Of a stretch of DNA of 64,000 nucleotides, positions 1 through 12,700 are shown in pieces (within the stretch, counting starts at the first letter, position 1; every line of letters starts with the position of its first letter). The notes under the pieces are model-generated. The model was given only the letters and a program-made list of their open reading frames with translations. It was not told the origin of the DNA and searched no databases. Made by a program: the position numbers and the translations under genes. The DNA is from Fimbriosthenelais zetlandica (taxonomy: Eukaryota), in NCBI GenBank assembly GCA_977030845.1, contig OZ365113.1:31434001-31498000 (forward strand). Reading direction: 5' to 3'.

Positions 1-607
1 AATTGGACATTTGTTTGTTTATTTTTTCATAGGGGCAACCCTATTGAATACTGGGTAAATTTATGACCTTCTCCGCATACAGTGAATAGTTGTTACTGAA
101 CTCAACCATTAGGGGGTCTGTCTGTGCAAGCTGGACAAAAAGAGAAACATAATTACATTGGATCCCTGTCGGATGCCTTTCTCAACAAACGATTTTGGTT
201 ATGTCAGTTTTGATACGACCCGCCGCCCTATAATTCATTAGAGAGAGGGCGATTGTTTGAATTCTATAGATGAACAAGGGAGTGTTTTTACAAAGCATCC
301 CTTGTGATGAATTACCACAAATAACCATTGATCTGTTTGTATTTATGATGTAATATATCATGAACATACCTTAAACCTGTTGCTGATATGCTATTTTTCA
401 TAACGACTAGCCATCGCATCTGGCTCCATTTGACCTTTTCATTGTTACCATACCCTCGCTCTGCTACCATCAGTTTTTTTCTTGATCAATTATGTCATCT
501 CTTGTCAGAAATGACCATTATTTTCCAATCATTTTCATTATTTTCCTTCCCTGGTTGATTTGAACATTTGATTTATTCCTTTGCCCCTTTTGTTTGTGCT
601 TTTGTAG

Positions 608-706
608 ATGGGGAGTCGGAGGTCCCAGATGGGATGGCCGAAGGGGATGCTAAACCACAGTTGGATCCGGCACTGCACGATGCCCTACTCCAACAGGCCT
701 CAGCAG
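608..706 (+). CDS. Zfhx3/4: Zfhx internal coding exon (99 nt, DGESEVPDGMAEGDAKPQLDPALHDALLQQASA)
   Basis: Polypyrimidine tract plus tttgtag acceptor; CAG|gtaaaa donor; open frame; phase 1-1 matches the next exon at 14605. Confidence 0.75.
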
Positions 707-3700
707 GTAAAAAGATATCAAATACTGAACACAAAATAAGTTAATAACCTTAAAATACTCACTCACTCTCTGACTCAGTCACTCACTCATTCAGCACTCA
801 TCTACCTACATTCACTCACACAATCATCTACTCTCGTATTCATACTCCATTGCATTAATATTAAGCATTTCTGATATAAACTTGCACCCTTTCTAACAGA
901 ACACTAATACAGCACTTTTTGATTGAGTAAATGTTTGTCATACAGTAATAATTGTTCGTATAATGTACAATACTCTATCCAGTAATCAGGATTGATTATA
1001 AAATGTCTGCTTATCAACACATAGGCCTACTAGTTATAAACCAATGACTCGCACCACAGATATAGCCTGCCCCTGCAATACCACACGCTTCCCACTTAGT
1101 CGCACTCCTACGCTTACATTTCCCTGTTATTTTCCGCTAGTATCCATAGCAATCGTAACACTCATATATGCTTAATGGTGTATATTATGTTATTCTATTC
1201 ATTTCGTTCTTCATTCTGCTTATATTCATGCATTTTAATTGCCTAGTATTTAACCTATTTTTTCCTGTCAAATAATCAGTTTCATGGATGATATCTATGA
1301 AAGGGCACACATTTTTTGTTAGATTTATTTAATTTTAGTCATTTAATATGGATGTAAACTCTATCTGGGGGATTTAAGCTGCTCGCTTCCCTATCGTTCC
1401 CATCTAGTTTCATTGGGGTCTCTCCTTCAATAATGTATTGAGAATGCCATAAGATCACAGCATGAGAGGTAGAGGCATAGCTATAATTGAAGTGGCTTCA
1501 TCTCCTCTATATAGTGGCTTAGATCATCACAATCAGACCAATGGTGATCGCCGGGCCTTGGATCACTTTTAATTTAGCCTCCAGGTTTTGGATCACAAAG
1601 GCCTGTAGTACGACTGAGGCTGATCGGGTTATACACTGGAAGGAGAGGGAGAAGGAGCTTTGCCAGCTCCTCCTGGGTGTCTCCTAACCCCATAATTACT
1701 ACTCCCACCTCCAGGGTGGAGAGACAATATAACCCCTTCAGCCGCCCCCCCCCCCCCTCCTCCCACCCCAGCCCCCAGTGTATAGGGGGCTCGACATTGG
1801 GGGTAATCCCCACTTGTGTCGTTAGCGCCATAGGTAGAGTTTTTCATCATTTCCCAGGCTTTTTTCTAAGTCTTAAGTGAAAAAGCAGGCCTGGGAATAT
1901 ATCTTAATTGCTCTACTGGGATATGTACATAGGTCATTATTGTCTGGTATTTTTGTATTAGTCGCCGATCACTGAGCAATCAATTGGAAAGATAAATGAA
2001 GTCCTACATACCCAATTCTCTCTAAAAAAAAAAAAAAATAATAAACTACAGGATTTTATCATCTGGGTTGAAATTTCTGGGCAGAAATAATATCAATGAA
2101 GGGAGATTGAAGTTAGATATTAAGATGAAAAATTAAAAAAAAATGCTGTGAAGAGCGGTTATAATAGCTCTGTGTACGGGAGTTATTTGGAGCAGTGTGG
2201 GTGTAGGAGAGCACCGTACACCTCATGTGCCCCACCATTCAGCATCAGGACACTGGAGGTGTCTTCCAGGCGGGCCAAAATGAATTCCTCGCTGTATAAC
2301 AAGCCCAACAATTAAGCTGGCCCCTTGCTCAGAGGTGGCAAACACAATTACAATGAGAATAGGCCGAGACACTCTTGGGAACGGTCTGAAATTTAGTCGG
2401 GAAGGGGTCGTGTCGGCTGTCAGCCTTTGGGAAGGTCCCCTGATCAGGGCTCATTAGAAGAGGGCTTGGTGGCGAATAGTAACGCCAATACAACCGCCTC
2501 CATCCAACACTAATTCCTCTCTCTTCTCTTCTCCCCTTCTCTTCCTTCCAATTCCACCCACTCGCCGTTATTGCTCAGTTTTGTTAGCTGTGCAACAGCT
2601 GCCAATATTTTGATGTATTTTTTTGGATGATAATGCTATGATTTGCTCATTTCAAGGGTTCCATATGTTTGTAAGTAAAGTGCCGTCATGGGACAATCCC
2701 AAAGCTTTCAATGCATAACCAAGTCATTTGGATTCTTTCGTCCCATCCACTTGAGACAATTTGAGGAATTCTAATTAAAAAAATCAATTAGTTGGGAATT
2801 AAGTTGAGGTGGAATCTTTTTAGGGGCCTTCCTGTTTTAGTAGTTGCCCCCAATGCGCAGTCTCTGTCAGAAATAGTCGCTATAGTCGTTGTCTGTCAAG
2901 GTGTTTAGTTCTCTTTTTTTGGACTGCTTCAAGCTTCCTGGTGGTCCTGAACATGTCACTAACGCTCTGTAACCAACCCCCAATGCAATAATACCTCCAT
3001 TAAAACCAGTCCATTGTAATATGTGTGAACCATAGTGGTTGTAGCGACTGATTTGTTTGGGTCTTGATTTATATTACTATCAGATTATGCCTGGCCCTAC
3101 TACAGTCTCCAACACAACCACGGCCTGGTAGTTTTACCAAGTAAGTATCTTCCTTCCGACTTTGTAGTGTAGACCCCCTCCCAACCCTTCCCCCAAATAA
3201 CAACTCAATCATTATGCCACAAGTGAAAAGTAGACGAATCTTAATAATCAAGAGCCGTGTCCAATCGGACCTACCACTATAATTGATGCTTTGTCCAGAG
3301 GAACATCGATATGAAATCTTACTTAATGAATTTAGCTGGTAAATTAAATGCATTGATTGGTGAATTGATTAATGCATTTAAATTGGTCTTCAATTGAAAA
3401 GGATCCAATCATATGATAGGTTAGTCTACAATGGTTGATTGTATCTGAACTTTATCAAATTAACAGATCACATTTCAAAACCCCATGAAAACTTCATGAC
3501 TTTCTCGTTATTTATCCGAAAAACTGATTCAGAAGGGGCGGGTTCAAGTGCCTTAGACTAGAGGAAATGCATGTAAATTAGTCATACTTAACGAACATGA
3601 CACTAATTGATACAAGAATGCAGAATATATTGGAGGAGGGGAGAAAGCTGTTATTACGTACTGCATATCAACGGACAAAGTTTTAATGACTTTTGTTGGG

Positions 3701-6700
3701 AGATGAATACAGCAGTCTTGACACTTCACAGTTCCGATAAACTGTGGGAGAGCAGAGATGTTATCATCCCATCAGAGGCCCTTGTTTCCCGGCCCAATTT
3801 AATGGGTGTGAAACAAAGAGAAGCTTTGTTGGTAGCTCTGGTAGTGTCAGGTGCTTTAGTTAATTAGGGAGTGGTATCAAATTGGGGCGGATGGGCGCAG
3901 AGGTGAGGTGAGATCAACTGATGTCAGTGGGGGAGGCCCCTTATATAGCCTCACTCTCTCCCCCCCGACTAAATGACATGTATTGAGGGGTCAAGACAAA
4001 AGGCAGGGGGAGGAAGGGGGGTAGGTTCTATTCTCCCGGTATTACCCTTACAGCATGCAAGAGTGGGTTCATTAACACTTGGGAGAGGGCGGGGTATTAG
4101 GGCATTGTATTGTTGGTTGTTGGGACGGGAGAACCCGCTGGGTAGGCGGTGTAAAAAATTGCTGTTGGTGACACTGAGGTGTCAAAAGTGTTGTCATTTA
4201 TGCATCGGTTGAATCTAAGAAAAGATACAGAGTAGGTACTTGCATTATTTATACATTAACGACTGTCCAAATCCCGCGCCCAAATCAAGCCTTGACTCAT
4301 AGGTTATCATAAGGTCCTTGCAAAAAAACGGGCAGAAAAATCCACATGGGGTTTTAATAGTGTAATATTGATGCCTCCCTCAATACATTAGGAATGGCCG
4401 GGTTTGAAAGCATTCCTCCCCTTTCTGTCACTCGCCCCTGTAACTATCTCTCTACCTTGCCTCCCCACCCACTCATCCCCTCCATCTCCTAACTCTGCAT
4501 GGCCTGGAAAAAAAAGAGTCAAGTTGGGTGGCTTGCCCTTATACTGAGGCCGTGTCAATTAATGGGAATGAAGATGTATTAGTTAATGAGTAGAGGGGCC
4601 CATGGAGGTGTACATGGGTGCTCCTAAGGCCCTGGCTACTCCATTACTCCCCTGGCCCGGACACTGGGGGAAGACCCATTAAAAAATTAGGCAAATGAGG
4701 CCAGTGTGCATTACGGAAATCAGCAGGAATTAACGTTGGTTATGAAAGATTTATACTCGGGTAATAACATTGCAATCTGCCTGGGCCAGAGTTAACTGGG
4801 AAGTCAGGTACAGTGGGGGCTGGAGGAAAAGGCCACTAATTTAATGGACAGGGAGAATTATCAGTCCTTTTTCTCTCTCGAGAGGCGAGGCCGGGTATGC
4901 TTAATTAATTTTTACGAGGCTGCTTTTGACGAGGGAATGGTGTTGGGGACTTAGTGGAAATATGTCGGGGTGAGAAGGGCACTGCAAGGGCTTGAGGGGG
5001 AGAGGAGGAGTGAGAGGGGGATCCATATGATGGGGGTCATCATTCCTCAGGTCATTTACATGGCTAAGCCATCACCACTGACCATCAAGTAAAGGCATGG
5101 ACTCCCCCCGCGCTCGATCCCATTAGTATATGACCGCACTGAAGGCATCTCATTATATTAGCTTATATATAAGGATCCACGCCTCTGATCTGAAGGTTGG
5201 TGGGATGGTGGGTGAGCCTATGAAAAGTGAACTCTGTGAAGTCATCATTTTATATTTAGCTCCTGTCTATTAACATAATTGACCTTCCCCTGCCCTTAAA
5301 TTACCCACGTCCTCGTGTTTTCAGAGCAGAACTCCATAGTCTCACTCTCGGTAAAGAACATATTTGACTTATATGCCAATTTTAGATAATAATTTTAGAT
5401 GCACCGGGGCAAAAATGAAATGATGGAGCCGTTTAGTAAAGAGCACGAGTAATTGCTTGCACCAATAATTTGCAAATGAGTTTTCGGGCTGAAAGTCACG
5501 ATCAAAGCTCACAATGCAATTACAAATAGATGACTCATCAGAATATCAGGTGAAAATACCCACCTGTATCCACCGCCCGGTGCATATGGTGCATACATCC
5601 TGGTAATTATCATTAAAATGTCTGATAGGAAGACAGTCAATGCCCCTGGCACCTCCTATATGTTGGGTGGGTACCTGATTTCATTGTGCTCGCAGCTTGG
5701 GTTATGAGTACTTTTGTAGGTATCTCACATATTGAACCCAATTGGTAAGCCGGGAGGATGATTGAGGTCAATTCAAACAATGGATCCCGCCCAATATGTG
5801 TGTGCAGTAGTCAATCATTCATAACAATGAAATATGTACTGGTATAAGTACTGTATACACTGTCCATCATTTCGTATGCAAATATTGCACAAAATAAAGG
5901 GTTAAGAGGTTTATTTAAGAGGTTACCACCAATATTACCTTTGACTGGGAGCCCATCTATATACCAGCAGTAATTACTGAGTGATCCAACCCCCCATGTT
6001 GAACCATGGAGGTTATCTCCATGTTCAGAACAAGGCCCACCTAGGGATTGACCCTTTGTACAGATATATATTCTCGGGTCGTGGAAAGGTTGCCTGGCCT
6101 GGCTGGGTCATGGGATAGCAGGGGTTAATGACTGATGTGGAGTGTCATCCATTATTAAGCATGTCACTGTTGGTGGCTGCTCGGGCCGCAGACACCAGGT
6201 ACAAATTATTGACAGCGCCATTAGCAGCTAGCCTGAATATGTTTGCCCAACCACACAGTTCCCATCAACACCACATTAATATCGGTTTCCATGGCAATCC
6301 CAACATCCATTCCATCCTGTCTTTCCATAATTTTACCCCTGTGCACCAACCCCCATCTCCCCCCACCCCCATCCGTTCTTCCTTCATCTTGCGATGTGCA
6401 CATGTATGCACACGTGAATATGCATATATAGGGGATGTGCAATTTTTCATTTTCATTCGATCGGTTCAACCCTCATCCCACGGAGTCCACACGGACTAAT
6501 TCATACCCTCAAATAATCTAACCCTACCTCCCGCAACCCAACCCTAAGCCAGTATCCCTCTTTACATGGCTTCTTGAGGACAACTGAAAAGCAAAATCAA
6601 AGCAGCGAAAATGGTGCTTTCCTTTGTTAAATGTTTGCATTGGTTTCCCCCATGCACATATAAGGAGGTGTTTATGTATTAAAACTGGCTGAACATGTCT

Positions 6701-9700
6701 GTTTGCTTGGACATATCATTAAAGTGGACCGCTTTGTTGAAGGCCCTAAGTAGGCTTTGGACAATGCAAACACCTGCAAATCGAGCATGCTCATTTAGAT
6801 GCATTTACAACTTTCCCCCTCTCCAACCGGCCGCCTATCTCTTCCTGTCTATATCACCTCAAAGCATCTCTCACCCAATTAAGTCCGTAATTATGGAAAT
6901 CTGCTCCGAAAATAAATCCCTTCAAAAGGATATCAAGCCTTTTCCTTTCACCCTGCAACCGTCGTTGGCAAAAACAGTGAATTGAATAGAAATTTAATGG
7001 AAAACTTTTGTTTAGTCCTCTAAATGGAGACAATAAACAGAGCGTGAATAAATGAATTATGATAAATTCCTTCACAGGTATGAACTTATCGATTGTCTGA
7101 ACCAAGTACTAAAAGCCTTTGCATGCTCTTTTTGCCCTTTTGCTGGAAGGCATGATTGCTGAGAAAAGATTGTAGGGATGACATTGATATTTACTGCATG
7201 AAACAAGTGTCTTGAGAACAAAGATTTTACAATAGGAGAGGCCGTATTTTCGGCGGAGAAAGGTGTTTATTAACTTTGCCGGGCTCGTCCACAGAGTGAT
7301 TTGGTGTTGAATGACATCTCCGCCCATTGATGATGCATGAGTTACAAGGCGCAGAAAGGACGCGCTCTTGTCATCCGTGTAAAACGTCACGCCATTCTGC
7401 GTCACTATTGGTTACGGCCGACTAGCCGCACCCACTTTCATCATGGCCGCCCGGATGAAAAAGGGGTCATCGGGCAAACGGTTTGTCACCTTGGATGTAA
7501 CCCCATTGAAACAATAATCATTAAAGGTGCATCCCCTCATCCCAACCAAGCCCAGTATAGTTGGGTAAAACTCTTTAAATTTATAATCCAAATATATAAT
7601 CCAAGTGACAATAGAATTTACATTTGTATACAATGTCATGTACTATACAGGATTGGAGCCAATCCATGGTTATCTATTAAGGGGCAAATTGAAAATGGAG
7701 CCATTATTTGGTGAGTGAGGCGTCTTTTTATCACCCCGCGCAAGGTGGGGGTGCTCGGGGAAATGCCTGCACACAGGAAATACTGGTTCTGACTGGCCTA
7801 ATTGGCATACCCTAGTAGGTAGAGAACAAATAGTGCGACTTATTACATTGTCCCCAGCTCAGCTCCCCTCCCATTGACGAAACAATGGTCCAGTGAATGA
7901 GCGCTGACCAAATCAAAAGGCCGTGCCCCCCTCTCGCCCTGCAAAGCCGCCAACCCACCATTGTCATGCAAAATCTGAGCCCACCCCAGGGGGGCTGGGC
8001 CCGGTCGCCCCCTAAAAAGTGTTTGCCATGGACTTAAGGTACTCAGTACAGGATGAGCAGGCGTGTTCAACTGTTGGCAGCCATCTTCAAAAACTGGTGT
8101 CAAAAAGCCACGCTGGTCACCTGTTGTGAAGGAGTTGGGGCTGGGAAGTTGACCGTACAGGTTGTCAGGGGAACAACTACCTGTTCACTCATTCTCTACC
8201 CAGACCTGTCTCCCTTCGGATGTTTTATCGTGACTTGATCTTGCAATACCTATACACTGTCATGGATTACGGCTTGGGATTGGTGATACTTGTATTATAG
8301 TGGTTTCTACACAAGGAAAGGGGGATGTACCCACAGTGGATGTATACCAACACAGACTCTTACAATGGTGGTTTCAGGTAGGTCCTATATCATACCTCAC
8401 TACAGGTACTAAATCTAAGGGGGTGCTTGTTTTTGCACCACACTTTTCCACCAGTGCTCTTGAAGCCCCTTTCCCACGATGTACCCAGCAGAACCTTGGG
8501 TAGAGGAAGCATTATGAATAATAGATGGATTTTCGAGAGTTGTTTGTTAATAAGCTCTGCTCTTTATGCGTGACACATCCAGCAGTTTTGGGATGGCAAG
8601 GTCATATTTGGAGAGTTGGGTGACAATTTGAATGGAGCAAACAGTGACTTTTGAATGCACAGCCAGCGCTAGTGTTCCTAGCATCTGTTCGGCTTGATAT
8701 ATTATGAATATAATGCACTCGGTGATATCATCTATGGACCAGTGCCTCCTTTGAAAAACACATTCCATATTGAACGTTATGAATAATAAAGACACCTCCG
8801 TGTGTCTATGTGTATTCAGTTTATATCTATACATCAAGCCAATCACCTATGTGTTTCTCATCTCTGGTGATCGAACACGGAATTGTGCATAGTTTCCTAC
8901 TTGTGGATATTTAACAACCTCAAATGCCTCTTAACATGTGCTAACTTAAGCACTATAGCCTTGGAAATAGAACTCCCTACCCGGGCAGTTACATGTGTAT
9001 TGTGAGACGCATTCATGCAATAGGTAATCACCATCTAAATAAAGTAGCCAAAGCCTACCTCTCAACTAAGCAAGACAATGGTATTCATCAATTATAAAAG
9101 GGGAGGAGAATAGAGCCCGAGTATTGGTGAGTCGGGTGCATTGGCTGCTGGAATATAGATGGTGAGTTTAGTAACGCAATCTGGAGGCAATGATCCATAT
9201 TCAATGCCTCACGCAATTAAGTACTTAATGCATCACGCTATTCATGTGCATTTAAATATTCTCTCTGGTCTTGAGTGCTGGAACAAGAAATAATGACGAG
9301 AAACTCAGAGATACTTTCTTGATATGAAAGATAACATTTCAAAAAAATAAAAACTTGTCATGAGTTGGAATGGAACTGAATGACACGAGAAGGAAGGAAC
9401 TTCCTTAGTACGTCTACCTAATGATTCATTGACAGAGGATGGGTTAACCTAAATGGACTTGGATACTGCATACATATAGATAATTTATGCTATATAAGGC
9501 ATCATAGATACAATAGATGATATAGATCTGTAGCTGGCTCCTCATTGTTATAGCAGGACCAGTGGAATCCTAATGAGTTAATCTCGTTAGATTCCAATTA
9601 GGAGACTAAGGCCTGTGCCCTTTGGACTGGTAATCTCGTTTCCTCTGTGTATGCATGTACATAGTTGGGCTGTTATGTGTCAGAGTTGATAATGTCGAGG

Positions 9701-12700
9701 TGCATTATTAAGAACCAGGCAATGTGATGTTTCCCCGAGCGATGGCCAGAAAAAAGGCCTCGATCCACTGGGCATTTCTCATATCTAATATCGCAATATG
9801 ATCGCATTATTTCCCATACATGGATTTGATCGGAGAGACAAACCATCGATTTAATTTTCAGCCAATAATCATTGATTTAATTTTCGGCCAATTTCAATGT
9901 AAATTGGCGTTATGATTTTGAGATATTGTATTGATCAGTGGATGTGGGGTTTAATGATGATTGTGATGATGGGTGTGTGGCTACGTGTGATGTGCTACAC
10001 ATATTGATCCCTCCACCATTAATGAGTGATCAGTACATTATTGATCTCACTCACCATCAACACCCCTTCCACCTCCCTTTCTAACAATATCATAGATAAT
10101 TAGGCAAAGCCAAATCAATCCATTGTTTCTAAATCCAAAATTTGAAATTTTCAGTACCTTCAATACCTTCACATACTAATATATTTTATACTTCCTTTGA
10201 ATATCATGCGCCATAGCGCAACATAATGAGGTGAATTAATATAAATTTGACTTAATGTGTTTAACCTCTGAAACGATCGACTGCAGCTGTTGCCAATTTG
10301 TGTATTAAGCACATATTGATACAGGAGAAAAATAATTCATTTAAATAACTACTCATTGGACACATGTTCTAGTATTCTCCATGTACTATTAGGCTGGATG
10401 TATCGGGGATGTCTGTTCTGTTCATATTGTGAAATGCATATAAACAGCTGAGGTAGAAACAATAAATGTCATCTGAAACCTTTGAATAAAGGAAATAAGA
10501 CCAAAGCTCATGTATCACTAGTTATGTGATGCAAAAGTTATTAGTCCACAGTCTTGTCACTAAACTACCCGTATATACCTTTTAAAATTGAATATCTTTG
10601 TATTTTGATTGTCAGTGTACACCATTATTTTCGGACAATAAGAGAGCACAGAGGGAAGTAATAGTGATGTTTAAAACTATTTTCTCATCATGTTTCATAA
10701 TTTAGATCCAATGTCAAGCCTTTGTTCTTTGTCAAATAATAGGACATGGACCAATTTTTATGCTCTTTTCAGAGTAAATTTATGGTTCCTAACTTCATTT
10801 TGGACTGTTCATGGTAATATGATACTACTGTTTATGGCAGATGTTTTAGCTCATGATTATTGAACTGACAAAATACATTGCCATTATATCCGGACGGTTA
10901 TTTATTTTCCATGAAATTATCTTCCTGAGAATTTGCTTTTGGAAATTCTAATAAAATGTCAATGTCAGTATGACAGTTCTTTGACTCAGAAAGGCTCTGA
11001 ATTGTTCCGTTTCTGCCCATAGATTGTAACTCACAATTGTGCTCATTATGACAACGGTCGTAAGTCGACCAGGTGTACAAATCGGATATAAGTAGGTTTA
11101 AAAATATAAAAATCCATATCATATGCCGGGTTTGTGTGTGTGAACACATCCACTCATTGCACATATGATGCAGCCTGTTCATGGCCTACTAGTTCTGAAT
11201 TAACATAGTGGAACTTCCACGATCATGGCCTATACAAAAATATACACAAAAGTATCAACATATAGTTAATAAATTAAAAAAAATATATCGATCAGTGGCC
11301 TCGGCGCAATCGCCCAGTTGACTCTGACAGCACTGAGGCGCCCCCTCTCATACCCCACGCCCTCCGGTGTTGTAGCGGCGAACTAATATGTGATAGGAAT
11401 ATTCAAACAGAGGAGAGAGAGGGGGAGAAGCGTTCACACCTGTAATAGAAAGCAAACATGGGTGGCGTGTATTTGCATACAGACACAGCCTGATGCAGCC
11501 TTTAACGAGCAACCCCCGTGCCAAAGAGCAGCTCTGTCACACCAGCCATATGCTCCAACCAGATGCATCTCTCCCCCTCTGCTGCTATATAGGCCTTACT
11601 TGCTATCGGTATACATATAGCTTCTGTCCCATTTATTCATTACGATCTGCTTAGTTGCAATCAGGAAAAATCATCATGACGTTTCACCAATCAAAAAGAT
11701 ATTATGAAAGAGGTGTAATGGATTTTTTAAGATAACTATTTGTAAATTATTTTGAATATTAAATTACATTCGCTAGGGATGGAAATCGGACCAACAAAAC
11801 TACAACCGGGCCTCGGAACTAAATTGCCTTGGATGATCATTTTATAGATGTAATGAATTTCTAAGATCTGCACAGCGTTAAAACATGGGCTCCAGGCCAC
11901 TGCTGGTGAATGGTTTAATTTGCTGCTCATCTGTCAAAAGTACAGGTATAGGCAATGTAACCTCCAAATGTGCCTGCATGATGGTGCTACCATTAAGGTT
12001 TAATTGATCCCCAAACTCGACCTATTTCATTGACATCATGGAAATTTCCACCATTGTTCGACCGAAAATAGATTGGAACTGGGAAGATATCGATGCTCAC
12101 TCTAATTAATTTTCGGTAAAATGCGTGTTTTTGCGGCAGGGAGTTGGTCAAATATGTAGTTGCGGCCTTTGTAATGTTTTAGTTTTAATGGTTTTCTGTT
12201 TGCTGGATATTATTGTATCGGCTAAATCTGACATTGATTGGATGTATGGGGTGATGGTTAATGTAAATCTGCCGTGTATGCTGGTTTTATCTAAGTATGT
12301 ATATTATTGTATTGATCTAATGCTTCATAATTATCAGGTTTATGAACAGCTTTGACTGTGAACAAAAGCAGTCCGGGCTATTTTTGACTTGAATCCGGAC
12401 AGAGCACAATAGAAGGGACTTGCTGATGATAGGGTATTTATGTAACTCGCCCTGTCTTTATTTCTTCCTCCTCGATCCAGTTCACGGTGGTCAAGCCAGG
12501 CTTGACCCTTGGGCAGTCTTTTTATGTGTGTAATTAAGACTGGCCTCTTGTATACTGCCTTCCCAATATCCCCACCTGAAGAGCAGTAACCATGGCTACA
12601 AGCTGGTATTTTTTTATTCGCCTTAATTTGATGGCATGCCTCTCCGGGCCACTGCCGAGCCAGAGGCCGGGGCAAGGAAGGAAGCCAGGTTCTTGACATG

